From Promethearchaeota archaeon (lineage in GTDB: Archaea > Asgardarchaeota > Lokiarchaeia > Sigyniarchaeales > SOKP01), in NCBI GenBank assembly GCA_019058445.1, contig JAHPZA010000004.1, forward strand, positions 160,001 through 224,000: DNA of 64,000 bases, read 5' to 3'. This document shows positions 10,592 to 19,126 of this stretch, one piece after another. The notes beneath the pieces were generated by a model, which ran no database searches, was not told the DNA's origin, and saw only the letters and a list, made by a program, of their open reading frames with translations. Position 1 is the stretch's first letter. Every line of letters starts with the position of its first letter. The position numbers and the translations under genes were made by a program.

Positions 10592-10951
10592 TTAACCAAC
10601 ACCTGTAAGTTTCGATAAAATTGTTATTGCATCAAGATTTTTAACATGAACTTTTTTACTGGCAATTCCATCCCTTATTCCAGCTGCTCCTTTATACAAT
10701 ATTTCAGTTGGGAGAGCTAAATACGTATCACAGTCAATAGTATCTAAATCTTTTAAATCTTTTATATTTTCTAGTATTTCAATATCAAATTCTCCATTTT
10801 CAATCTTTATTAAGAACGCTGGAGGTGAATCTGTTAAAAGTATTGCCATTTTAATTGAATCTGGAAATTTTTTCTCGAGTTTTCTAAAAATCTTAAGGAC
10901 CCATAATCCGGAATAAATTACAGCCGGAAGCCCCTCATATAATGGACTCAT
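10592..10951 (-). CDS. hypothetical protein, SCP2-like fold
   Basis: AILLTDSPPAFLIKIENGEF...DCDTYLAL.....IASKKVHVK resembles SCP2. Lies 2 nt from the UroD-family gene. Confidence 0.5.
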   Translation of the reverse strand: MSPLYEGLPAVIYSGLWVLKIFRKLEKKFPDSIKMAILLTDSPPAFLIKIENGEFDIEILENIKDLKDLDTIDCDTYLALPTEILYKGAAGIRDGIASKKVHVKNLDAITILSKLTGVG

Positions 10952-11010
10952 TTAAATATCCTACTTATTTTCTAATCTTATCCTTTAAAATAGGAAAAAA
11001 ATTGATCGAA

Positions 11011-11679
11011 TTAAAAATATTTCTTTTCAATAATTGCCTTTACAGCGTCTTTAAAAATTAATTTCCCCATTTTTCTGTAGCCTTCAACGGAAAAATGAAG
11101 TCCATCGACATATGCACATTCCTTTAATAAATTTCCCTTATCGTCCATCATTCCGTTATATAAATCTGCGAAGGGTATATCATTTTCTTCAAAAAAGGAC
11201 TTTAGTAATTTATTAAGCTCAATTTTTTTTTTATTATACGTCCCATATGATTGCTCTGCTCTTATAGGTGGGACTGTTCCACCTATAGTCAATATGCCAA
11301 AATCCCGGGAAATTGTATGAAGCTCTTTAATATTTCCAAATATTTTCTCGTTCGAGATGCCCCAACCTAAATCATTTGTCCCTCCAATTATAATTGAATA
11401 AGTGGGCTTTGGTTTAATTTTTAACAGATCGAAGTCAATCCTTCTCAGAAAATTGCTCGTAAGCTCTCCAGGAACACCCTTATTGATAAATAATAGATCA
11501 TTTATAATCTCATCACTTAAAGTTCCTAGATTTTTTTCTAAATGCTCCATACTTATATTTTTAAGCCAATATTCATACTGGGATTTTGAATTACCATAAC
11601 CTTTAGATATCCCATCTGGAGCGGGATCATATCCTGGATATCCCGCCGTTAAAGAGTTACCTAAACACAAAAATATCAT
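11011..11679 (-). CDS. SGNH/GDSL hydrolase
   Basis: Block I LGNSLTAG (Asp replaced by Asn), block II NKGVPGE, block III GGTND, block V DGLH. Confidence 0.88.
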   Translation of the reverse strand: MIFLCLGNSLTAGYPGYDPAPDGISKGYGNSKSQYEYWLKNISMEHLEKNLGTLSDEIINDLLFINKGVPGELTSNFLRRIDFDLLKIKPKPTYSIIIGGTNDLGWGISNEKIFGNIKELHTISRDFGILTIGGTVPPIRAEQSYGTYNKKKIELNKLLKSFFEENDIPFADLYNGMMDDKGNLLKECAYVDGLHFSVEGYRKMGKLIFKDAVKAIIEKKYF

Positions 11680-12356
11680 ATAATTTCACTTGAGTTTAAC
11701 TTTAACAATTTCATTATATCATTGACACCAATATGAGATAAATCCCTTGCTATCAAATTAGCATTTTGTAATTCCCCTTTAGGGTGGGTCGTTGTGAGGG
11801 CAATTGAACTCATATTGGCTCTTATTGCTGCCTCAATACCAACAGGAGCATCTTCAATAACTACACAGTTTTCGGGTTTAATCCTTAAGCGGGTAGCAGC
11901 GATTAAAAAAACATCTGGTGCAGGCTTTCCATTTTTTACATCTTCAGCAGTAATAACTATATCAAAAAATTGCTTAATATTCAAACTAGTTAATAATAGC
12001 TCCACATTTTCAAAAGGTCCACTAGAACCGACTGCTAATTTAAAACCATGATTTTTTAGTGATCTAATAAGTTGTATAGCACCCGGTAAAGGTTCTAATT
12101 TATCTTTGACCATCTCTCTATAATAATGCTCCTTAAGATCTGCCCATTTTTTAACAAGTGCTTGATCAACTTCAGGACCGACTAACTTCCTTGTGATCGG
12201 AATCGATTGTTGTCCAAATGTCTCTTCGAAGAAATCTCTCGTAAACTTGACTTTCGCATCGTATCTTGCCATCTTAGCCCAGCTTTGAAAATGAATTGGA
12301 CCTGTCGCACTTAGCACTCCATCCACGTCGAAGATTACCAAATAGTTCTTAAACAT
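11676..12356 (-). CDS. HAD-family phosphatase (beta-phosphoglucomutase-like)
   Basis: FDVDGVL, GSS, GKPAPD, VIEDAPVG. Confidence 0.9.
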   Translation of the reverse strand: MFKNYLVIFDVDGVLSATGPIHFQSWAKMARYDAKVKFTRDFFEETFGQQSIPITRKLVGPEVDQALVKKWADLKEHYYREMVKDKLEPLPGAIQLIRSLKNHGFKLAVGSSGPFENVELLLTSLNIKQFFDIVITAEDVKNGKPAPDVFLIAATRLRIKPENCVVIEDAPVGIEAAIRANMSSIALTTTHPKGELQNANLIARDLSHIGVNDIMKLLKLNSSEII

Positions 12357-12444
12357 AAGTTTAACAATTAGAAGATATTACGTAATTATAATAGAGAAAT
12401 AAAATATTTTAAGTATTATTCATAACCATTATAAAGATCATTAC

Positions 12445-12581
12445 AGCCCAGTGGTCTAGTTTGGATATCATTATATTACGAAATATATATAACCATAAAG
12501 GGCGCTGGCTTGCGGAGCCAGTTATCGGGGGTTCAAGCCACTAAAATTCTCTTTTAGCGGGAACATATCCCCCCTGGGCTA
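12445..12581 (+). tRNA. tRNA-Arg(GCG) with two non-canonical introns (about 12467-12498 in the D-loop; 12537-12566 in the T-loop)
   Basis: Acceptor stem AGCCCAG (12445-51) / CTGGGCT (12574-80). D-stem GTCT/GGGC. Anticodon arm CTGGC-TTGCGGA-GCCAG. T-stem GGGGG/CCCCC. Removing both inserts restores TGGATAGGGCG and the T-loop TTCAAAT. The second intron has a clean BHB (GTTC/GAAC helix, AAG and ATA bulges). Confidence 0.9.
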
Positions 12582-12583
12582 TA

Positions 12584-13105
12584 TTATGGTTTTTCTTTTT
12601 GATCTTTCATGGCAAGCCCCATTTTCTGCCAAGATTGGCGACCGAGTTCCCATAATTTCCCTTGGGTATTTTCTCCCTTTAATTCTCGACCAATCCATTT
12701 TTGACCCACTGGAATCTTCGCCCTCATTGGGACGAATGATGTCGCTCCCACCATAGCATCATTTTGGACAGTGGACATAATCATTAAGACGGATTGAATT
12801 CCAACCACAGTATTATTTTTCAGCGTGGCTCCATGAACAATTGCACTAAATCCGATTAAGTTATTATCTCCAATACGGGTACTACACCCTTCAGCAGTAT
12901 TGATAATACATGCATCTTGAAAAACATTTTTCGCACCAATTTTAACCCTGGCGAAATCACCACGTATAATCACTCCTTGGTATACGACATTTTCAGGACC
13001 CATCGTAACATCTCCAATTATCCAAGCTGAATCAGAAATCCAACAAGAGGGGTCGATTTCCGGAGTCTTGAGTTTACCATTAACTTCTATTGATATTATT
13101 GGCAT
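12584..13105 (-). CDS. gamma-carbonic anhydrase-like hexapeptide-repeat protein (Zn ligands degenerate)
   Basis: TPEIDPSCWISDSAWIIGDV, IRGD, QD and VHG motifs of the left-handed beta-helix CaiE/PaaY/YrdA family. Confidence 0.85.
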   Translation of the reverse strand: MPIISIEVNGKLKTPEIDPSCWISDSAWIIGDVTMGPENVVYQGVIIRGDFARVKIGAKNVFQDACIINTAEGCSTRIGDNNLIGFSAIVHGATLKNNTVVGIQSVLMIMSTVQNDAMVGATSFVPMRAKIPVGQKWIGRELKGENTQGKLWELGRQSWQKMGLAMKDQKEKP

Positions 13106-13162
13106 TTTTTTAACCTCTTACTTAATTTATTTACAATTTATTTTTGAAATATAAAAAACTAT

Positions 13163-13181
13163 TCATTGATTTTATCAATGA
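13163..13181. promoter_or_regulatory. perfect 8-3-8 palindrome TCATTGAT-TTT-ATCAATGA, candidate transcription-factor site
   Basis: Lies just upstream of a minus-strand TTTATA box (13155-13150) that precedes the gamma-CA-like gene starting at 13105. Confidence 0.35.
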
Positions 13182-13272
13182 TATTTAATGATTTCTTAGA
13201 ATTGTTCAATAAAAAGAATAAAATGAGAAAATTTCAAATAGTCAAAAATCACGAGACTTTGCTAAAAAAAAT

Positions 13273-13959
13273 TTAGAATTGAAAACCACACTTTTTACAA
13301 ACACGGATTTTAGCATACATAGGCATATTTCCCACATAACTTAATACTTTTGTTTTATCCTCGACAAGTTTTATATCTTTTCCAGTAGCACCACACTTAA
13401 TACATTTTACACGTTCACCACCAGAAGTATCTTCTGCTAAAATCTCATGACTTTTGAATGTTTTTAATTCCAATTCAATTGCTTCGATTCGAGATAATTG
13501 TCTTGCTAAAATTTCATCTTTTTTTTGTAGAGCGTCATTCATTTCTTGAATTTTAGCTTCTTGCCTTGAAATAAAATTATGGAGATCTGAAACGTCACTG
13601 TGAGTACTTTCAATTTTGCTTTTAAGGTCTCCGGTATTATCATGTTTTGAGCTAAAAGCTATTTGGAGATCATTTATTTTTGAGGTAATTTCGGAGATCT
13701 CGTCATCTTTTACATTCAATTTACTCGCAACTTCACTCATTTGTTCTCCTAATTTTTTTGCTGTTTTCTTTTCTTCCTCTAATTCGTTAGTTAATGATGA
13801 GATCTTTTCATCGTATAATTTAACCAGATATTGCAATTCAGCTTCTTTGACCGATAAATTTTTTTCTATCTCTGCAAACTTGGAATCAGAATTTTTAACT
13901 TGCTTCATAAGAGCTCTTAATATCCTCTCATTAAATTCTTCATCTTTATCCTTATCCAT
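13273..13959 (-). CDS. coiled-coil protein with C-terminal C4 zinc ribbon (paralog A)
   Basis: Long heptad-rich region; CIKC...EDKTKVLSYVGNMPMYAK..VCKKCG. Confidence 0.75.
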   Translation of the reverse strand: MDKDKDEEFNERILRALMKQVKNSDSKFAEIEKNLSVKEAELQYLVKLYDEKISSLTNELEEEKKTAKKLGEQMSEVASKLNVKDDEISEITSKINDLQIAFSSKHDNTGDLKSKIESTHSDVSDLHNFISRQEAKIQEMNDALQKKDEILARQLSRIEAIELELKTFKSHEILAEDTSGGERVKCIKCGATGKDIKLVEDKTKVLSYVGNMPMYAKIRVCKKCGFQF

Positions 13960-14181
13960 TACCTAAACCGTCCATTCATTATTCTTCTTTATAGTATCAG
14001 AAAAAAATCTTTATAATGTGAGAGTTTCAATATGAGATTGCAGATGTCCTTTATAATTTCATCAATTTTTTACAATACAATATGATAATTTACATATTTG
14101 AAAAAAAATAACTTCTATTTAAAATTATTTTAATAGAAAAGCTATATTTTCTATAAAAAAAGATATTATCCCCTGTGGGAA

Positions 14182-14889
14182 TTAAAATTGATTGCCGCAC
14201 TTTTTACACATGTGATGTTTAGCGTACATGGGCATATTTCCTACATAACTTAATGGTTTTGATTTATCTTCGACAACCTTTATATCTTTTCCCACTGAAC
14301 CACATTTAACACATTTCAATCGATCGCCAGCAGATAAATCATCAGCATTAGACTCGGGACCTTTATATTCCTTTAATTCCATTTCAAGTGCCTCATACAA
14401 AGATCTCTGTTCCTCAATAATCGTTTCTTTATTTTTTATTAGTGTATCTTTATTTTTTATTTCTTCACTTAGTTCCTGTACTTGGCCCTCAAGATGCTTA
14501 ATGTCTGTTTGCTGTTCGTTGATTTTGTGATTAGCACATTGAAGCTCTTCTTTGAGTTTCTCTATTTCCTTTTCCAGTGAGGGTATTTTAGAATATAGGT
14601 TATCTCTTTCCGATGTAATATTTGTGAGTTCCTTATTAACTTCTGTATATCTATCAATTATTTCTTTTAATTGCCCTTCTAATTCTATAGCTTTCTCTTT
14701 TTTATGCTCTAAGTCTTGGGTTAATGATGAAGTCTCATCATCATATAATTTTGCGAGATATTGTAATTCTGCTTCTTTAACTCCTAAGTCTTTTTCTAAG
14801 ACATCACATCGGGTAGTAGAATCCTGAACTTTTTTCATTAATGCTTTCATAATTTTATCATTAAATTCATACTCCATTTCCTCGTCCAT
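14182..14889 (-). CDS. coiled-coil protein with C-terminal C4 zinc ribbon (paralog B)
   Basis: Shares VKEAELQYL.KLYD and CVKC...EDKSKPLSYVGNMPMYAK..MCKKCG with the neighbouring ORF. Confidence 0.75.
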   Translation of the reverse strand: MDEEMEYEFNDKIMKALMKKVQDSTTRCDVLEKDLGVKEAELQYLAKLYDDETSSLTQDLEHKKEKAIELEGQLKEIIDRYTEVNKELTNITSERDNLYSKIPSLEKEIEKLKEELQCANHKINEQQTDIKHLEGQVQELSEEIKNKDTLIKNKETIIEEQRSLYEALEMELKEYKGPESNADDLSAGDRLKCVKCGSVGKDIKVVEDKSKPLSYVGNMPMYAKHHMCKKCGNQF

Positions 14890-15099
14890 AGGAACACCAT
14901 TTTCGATTAATTCTTTAAAGATCTCAATTAAATATTAATAATATTTGATAAAAAATCCCCAAATTTCTTTTTTAATTTATGAAAAATTTAAGGAAATTAC
15001 TTAAACAGTTAAAAAAACTTGATTTATTTAAAGTTATTATATTAAGGCTTTTGAGAGTGAAGGTGTAACAATCAATTTTTGCTAATTGAAAAATTGTGC

Positions 15100-15873
15100 T
15101 TAACTGATATGTTTAAAGATTTCTGAGATGTTCTTTATTTCTATCACATCAGGGACATTGATTGCTCTTTCAATTGGGAATTTATAGACCCGTTCACATA
15201 AAACTGTCTGCACTCCGGCCCTATGACCTCCCACAATATCTGCAGGTTCATCACCACACATAAAACATGAAGCTCCACTATGTTCTAATCCCATTTTCTT
15301 TAATGTATAATGAAATATTCCCGGGTCAGGTTTTCTTTTTCCATATAAAGCAGATGTAACAACTGCATCGAAATAATGATCCATATCATATTTTTTAAGG
15401 AGATTTTCGACTAATGAATGATGAGGGTGATTAGATAGAACACCAAGCTTAATCTCTCCTAAATTATATAATTTTTCCAAGGTTTCTTTAGTAAAATCGA
15501 AAGGAACCCATTCTGTTGCTTCTCCCGAATGATATAAATCAGCAAGTTCAGAGTAAAAATCCGCATTTTTTTCCTCCAGATCGTCAATTAATTCTTTCTT
15601 TACCATTAAATCCAATACCTGTTCAAAAAGAAATGTTGTGGGAAATTCTTCTTTTGTTTTCATACTTTTTTGAAAAAATGAGGCTCTTTTACGCTTAATA
15701 AGTTTTTTAAATTTTTCAATTACAGTTTGATCCTTAAAAATTTGCTGTTCTTTTAATAAAGCAATGGATTTCTGTAATCCACGCCTATAAGCATCCATAT
15801 AGCTATCCATACTCACGTTTCGGAAATTAAATAAGGTGAAGCCAAAATCAAAAATGATTCCTTTTACATTCAT
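15100..15873 (-). CDS. HAD-family hydrolase
   Basis: IIFDFGFTL, VLSN, RKPDPGIF, CGDEPADIVG. Confidence 0.88.
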   Translation of the reverse strand: MNVKGIIFDFGFTLFNFRNVSMDSYMDAYRRGLQKSIALLKEQQIFKDQTVIEKFKKLIKRKRASFFQKSMKTKEEFPTTFLFEQVLDLMVKKELIDDLEEKNADFYSELADLYHSGEATEWVPFDFTKETLEKLYNLGEIKLGVLSNHPHHSLVENLLKKYDMDHYFDAVVTSALYGKRKPDPGIFHYTLKKMGLEHSGASCFMCGDEPADIVGGHRAGVQTVLCERVYKFPIERAINVPDVIEIKNISEIFKHIS

Positions 15874-15910
15874 ACCTTAGATCATAAAAGTAATTTCAAA
15901 ATATTAACTT

Positions 15911-16170
15911 AACTCTGAGGGACTTATAATGCTATGTTAGATAAGAGAAGTGACTCCTGCCAACACCTCTGTATTGTCTTTTGGTTAGTGCTAAGATTCG
16001 AATTCTTATTACACCTTGTAAGAAAATCTTCAGCTTACCGTCGACAGGAATCTTTGTTTGAAAAGATTTCCTACTGAAAAGATATTCTAAGTAGTTTTCT
16101 CAAAAAGTATAATTTTATTTCCCTGTGCTACCTAATTAAAAAATTAGAACTTTATAAAGAGTTCAGAATT
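15911..16170. ncRNA. putative structured non-coding RNA or leader element of unknown family
   Basis: Complementary ends (AACTCTGA 15911-18 / TCAGAATT 16163-70), a long interrupted hairpin at 16021-16088, a T-loop-like hairpin at 15992-16008, and no ORF in the track. Confidence 0.4.
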
Positions 16171-16364
16171 ATTCTTTTTTCGTACTTTATAACCGAACAA
16201 GAATATTTTTCAATATATCTTTATTTGAAAAATTGATAAATTGAAAAAGTGGGATTCTTAATTAAGATTAAGATTTTAAATTCTTCATTTAGGATATGCA
16301 TTTGTTAATAATTTAATAATCAAATAATTTTTAGCAATGATATTTATTTTTAATAGGGAAAAAT

Positions 16365-16889
16365 ATGTCAATCGATAAATGGATTTCTGAGACTAAGGAA
16401 GAAAGAGAAAAAAGAGAGAAAATTGATAAGCTATTTAAATCTCTTCCAGAAGAAAAAGTTCTGGATTTAAAGAAAAGAAAGATCAAAGACTTAAAAAAAA
16501 AGAGAAGAGAGGAGAGCGTCGATGAAATTGAGCCTAATAGTTTTTTAAATGAACTTATTGAATTTAAAGAGTGGTTAAATCAAAGAACTTATCTAAAAGG
16601 AGATCTCGATAAAATTGAAATTTGGATTCATAATTTAAATAAAAAATTGACTTTAGAAACTAAGGATCAAGAATTAAAAACTTCGAAAGCACATTTGATT
16701 GAGCAGTTTAGAAAAATACCTCCTAAATTTTTAGATGAAAAAACAAGAGTAGCAATTAATAAAAAATTGTATGGGACTAAAAGAACGAGTTCTGATAACT
16801 ATTATTTAAGAAAATTAAAAAAATTTATCCAAGATAAATTAATAGAAGCTAGTTATTATGAGCTTTTGAAAACCATTTTAGATTCATAA
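16365..16889 (+). CDS. hypothetical protein (charged, helical)
   Basis: 174-aa ATG-initiated ORF that fills the gap between genes; no recognisable motif. Confidence 0.65.
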   Translation: MSIDKWISETKEEREKREKIDKLFKSLPEEKVLDLKKRKIKDLKKKRREESVDEIEPNSFLNELIEFKEWLNQRTYLKGDLDKIEIWIHNLNKKLTLETKDQELKTSKAHLIEQFRKIPPKFLDEKTRVAINKKLYGTKRTSSDNYYLRKLKKFIQDKLIEASYYELLKTILDS

Positions 16890-16896
16890 CCAAAAA

Positions 16897-17907
16897 TTAG
16901 AAATCTAAAATCTCCAAACCTTTTTCCACGAAACTGAACTCAAGTAATTTTCCATGTTGCTTTTTTAATAATGTTTTAATCTTTTCTTTAAATCTTGGAT
17001 TTATTAACCATATCATACATCCTCCTCCCCCTGCGCCACACACCCTCCCTCCTATACTGCCATTTCTTAGTATTAAACTGTTCAATTGTTTCATATAATC
17101 TGTAGTGAGCAGGGGATTGAATTTAGTCTTAATTTCTAAATCTTCAGTTAAGAGTTCCCCGAATTTCTCAAAATCTTCCGACACCAACGTATCTTTCATG
17201 TGGTATGCAATTTCTTTTAATTTATCTAAGAATTTTTTTGATTGTTCTTTATTTTCTGCATATGACTTGACTTGTTCTTTTACTATATTCCCACTTACAC
17301 GAGGCAATCCAGAATAAAACAATATAAGATTTTCTTCGATTTCTTTTTTAAATGAATGAGAAATTTTTATCTTTTGAACACGCACATTAGAATCTCCTAA
17401 GAATTTTAATCCATTGAATCCACCATAGACTGCAGCATATTGATCTTGACGACCTCCTAAATTCTTTAAAATATCTTGCTCAACAGAATAAGCTTTTTCC
17501 GCGATTGCATCTAATTCTATTTTTCTTTCTTCTAATTTTAATATACCTGAAATTAGACAGGTACACAAGCTTGCTGAAGCCCCCAATCCTGCTTTTTTTG
17601 GAGGTTCTCCATGAATATATACATCCATTCCTAGCTTAGGTTTTGTTAAATAAAAAACGGAATCAAACAAATTAGATGGCTGATACTCAGTATCAAAAAT
17701 CTTAATCGAATTAAATTTAAAAGGTGAAAAGGTGTCATTAGAATAAATATTAATCTCAGTATCTTCTCGTTTAGTAAAAATACATCGAAAATACCAGTTT
17801 ATAGTACTATTAATGACATAACCTCCGTAATCTGAGGGATAAGGTTCAACATCAGTGCCACCTCCTCCAAATGCTATCCTTACTGGTGTTTTCGATATTA
17901 TTGCCAT
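16897..17907 (-). CDS. GHMP sugar kinase, HddA (heptose-7-phosphate kinase)-like
   Basis: TPVRIAFGGGGTD, PKKAGLGASAS, GGRQDQYAAVYGG, GAGGGG. Confidence 0.88.
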   Translation of the reverse strand: MAIISKTPVRIAFGGGGTDVEPYPSDYGGYVINSTINWYFRCIFTKREDTEINIYSNDTFSPFKFNSIKIFDTEYQPSNLFDSVFYLTKPKLGMDVYIHGEPPKKAGLGASASLCTCLISGILKLEERKIELDAIAEKAYSVEQDILKNLGGRQDQYAAVYGGFNGLKFLGDSNVRVQKIKISHSFKKEIEENLILFYSGLPRVSGNIVKEQVKSYAENKEQSKKFLDKLKEIAYHMKDTLVSEDFEKFGELLTEDLEIKTKFNPLLTTDYMKQLNSLILRNGSIGGRVCGAGGGGCMIWLINPRFKEKIKTLLKKQHGKLLEFSFVEKGLEILDF

Positions 17908-18013
17908 TTTCTTTCGTAATTTGGTTAATTAAATGAGGGCAGATTAGTAATTATGTATACTTTGTTTAATTCAAGATATACTTTTTATTTTATCTTATTT
18001 TATTATATTTAAT

Positions 18014-19105
18014 ATGTGGTTAATTTGCCCAATAGCGGGCATAGGAAAACGTTTACAACCTTTTACTTATTCTAAACCGAAAGCATTTTTAAAAATTGCT
18101 GGAAAACGATTAATTGATCATATTCTCTTAAAATTAAAAAAGACCTTTCCACAGGGAACTAATATTTGCTTTATAGTCGGATATAAAAAACGACAAATTT
18201 CTGAATATCTCACTCAGAATTACTCAGACTATTTTAATATCCATTTTATTGAACAAAAACCTTTAGGTTATAGCGCTGACGCGCCTTATTTTTCGGGACT
18301 AGGCGATGCGATTTTATTAGCAAGAAATTTTGCTGAAAATGATGATTGTTTTATTTTCTTCAGTGATAGGCTCCCAATGGAAGATTATACCTCAATTGCC
18401 TTGACTTTTCACCAACAAGAGTGCGATGGAATTTTTAATGTAAAAAGAGTTGAGCATCCAGAATTTTATGGTGTTATAGTTTTAGATAGTGAAGGAAAAT
18501 ATTTAACTCGAATTGTAGAAAAACCTAAAGAATTTGTTTCAGATTATGCTGTGTCTGGTGCTTATTTATTCGGGAAGGAACTCATGCCACGATTATTCGA
18601 ACTTTTAGAAGAACAAAGCAAAAGTCCTCTCAAAAACGGACAAGAACACCAAATAACTCCTGTCTTAGAACAACTGATTGAAGAGGGTGTGAAATTTACG
18701 ATTAATGAAATGCAAGGTGAAATTCTCGATTTTGGCAGACCTGAAAGCTTGTTAGAAGGAAACAGGCATATATTATCTGAAATAAAATTAAAAGATCCTT
18801 CACATGAGAATTTATTCAAGTCAGGTAATATAGTAGACTCTAAAATTGTACCACCCGTGTTTATTGGTAAGAATGTAAGAGTTTATGATTCCGTTTTAGG
18901 ACCAAACGTTTCTCTTGGGGATGATGTTATTATTGATAAATGTATTTTGTCGGAGTGTGTTATAGGCGATGGAGCACACCTGAAAAAAATAATTTCATCA
19001 GAGAGCATTATAGGGGATTACTCAATTCTGGAAGATTTGATTAAAAAAAACATCACTATTGGAGATTCTTCCTATATTACAACCTCTAACATGAAATCTT
19101 TCTAA
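18014..19105 (+). CDS. sugar-1-phosphate nucleotidyltransferase (long-form glucose-1-phosphate thymidylyltransferase-like)
   Basis: PIAGIGKRLQPFTYSKPK, GLGDAI, IVEKP, LDFG and C-terminal hexapeptide repeats. Confidence 0.88.
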   Translation: MWLICPIAGIGKRLQPFTYSKPKAFLKIAGKRLIDHILLKLKKTFPQGTNICFIVGYKKRQISEYLTQNYSDYFNIHFIEQKPLGYSADAPYFSGLGDAILLARNFAENDDCFIFFSDRLPMEDYTSIALTFHQQECDGIFNVKRVEHPEFYGVIVLDSEGKYLTRIVEKPKEFVSDYAVSGAYLFGKELMPRLFELLEEQSKSPLKNGQEHQITPVLEQLIEEGVKFTINEMQGEILDFGRPESLLEGNRHILSEIKLKDPSHENLFKSGNIVDSKIVPPVFIGKNVRVYDSVLGPNVSLGDDVIIDKCILSECVIGDGAHLKKIISSESIIGDYSILEDLIKKNITIGDSSYITTSNMKSF

Positions 19106-19126
19106 GAAAAAATTAAAAAAAAAAGA

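Noticed and set aside
14133-14154. Inverted repeat ATAGAAAA-GCTATA-TTTTCTAT between the coiled-coil paralogs
   Set aside because: It is composed almost entirely of A/T in a very AT-rich spacer. It could be a terminator or operator but cannot be distinguished from chance.
15911-16170. Identification as SRP RNA, RNase P RNA, tRNA or SECIS
   Set aside because: I could not find the SRP helix-8 motif, the RNase P GAGGAAAGUCC/CR-V motifs or an acceptor stem around the T-loop mimic. The element lies 5' of both flanking genes, not 3' of a selenoprotein gene.
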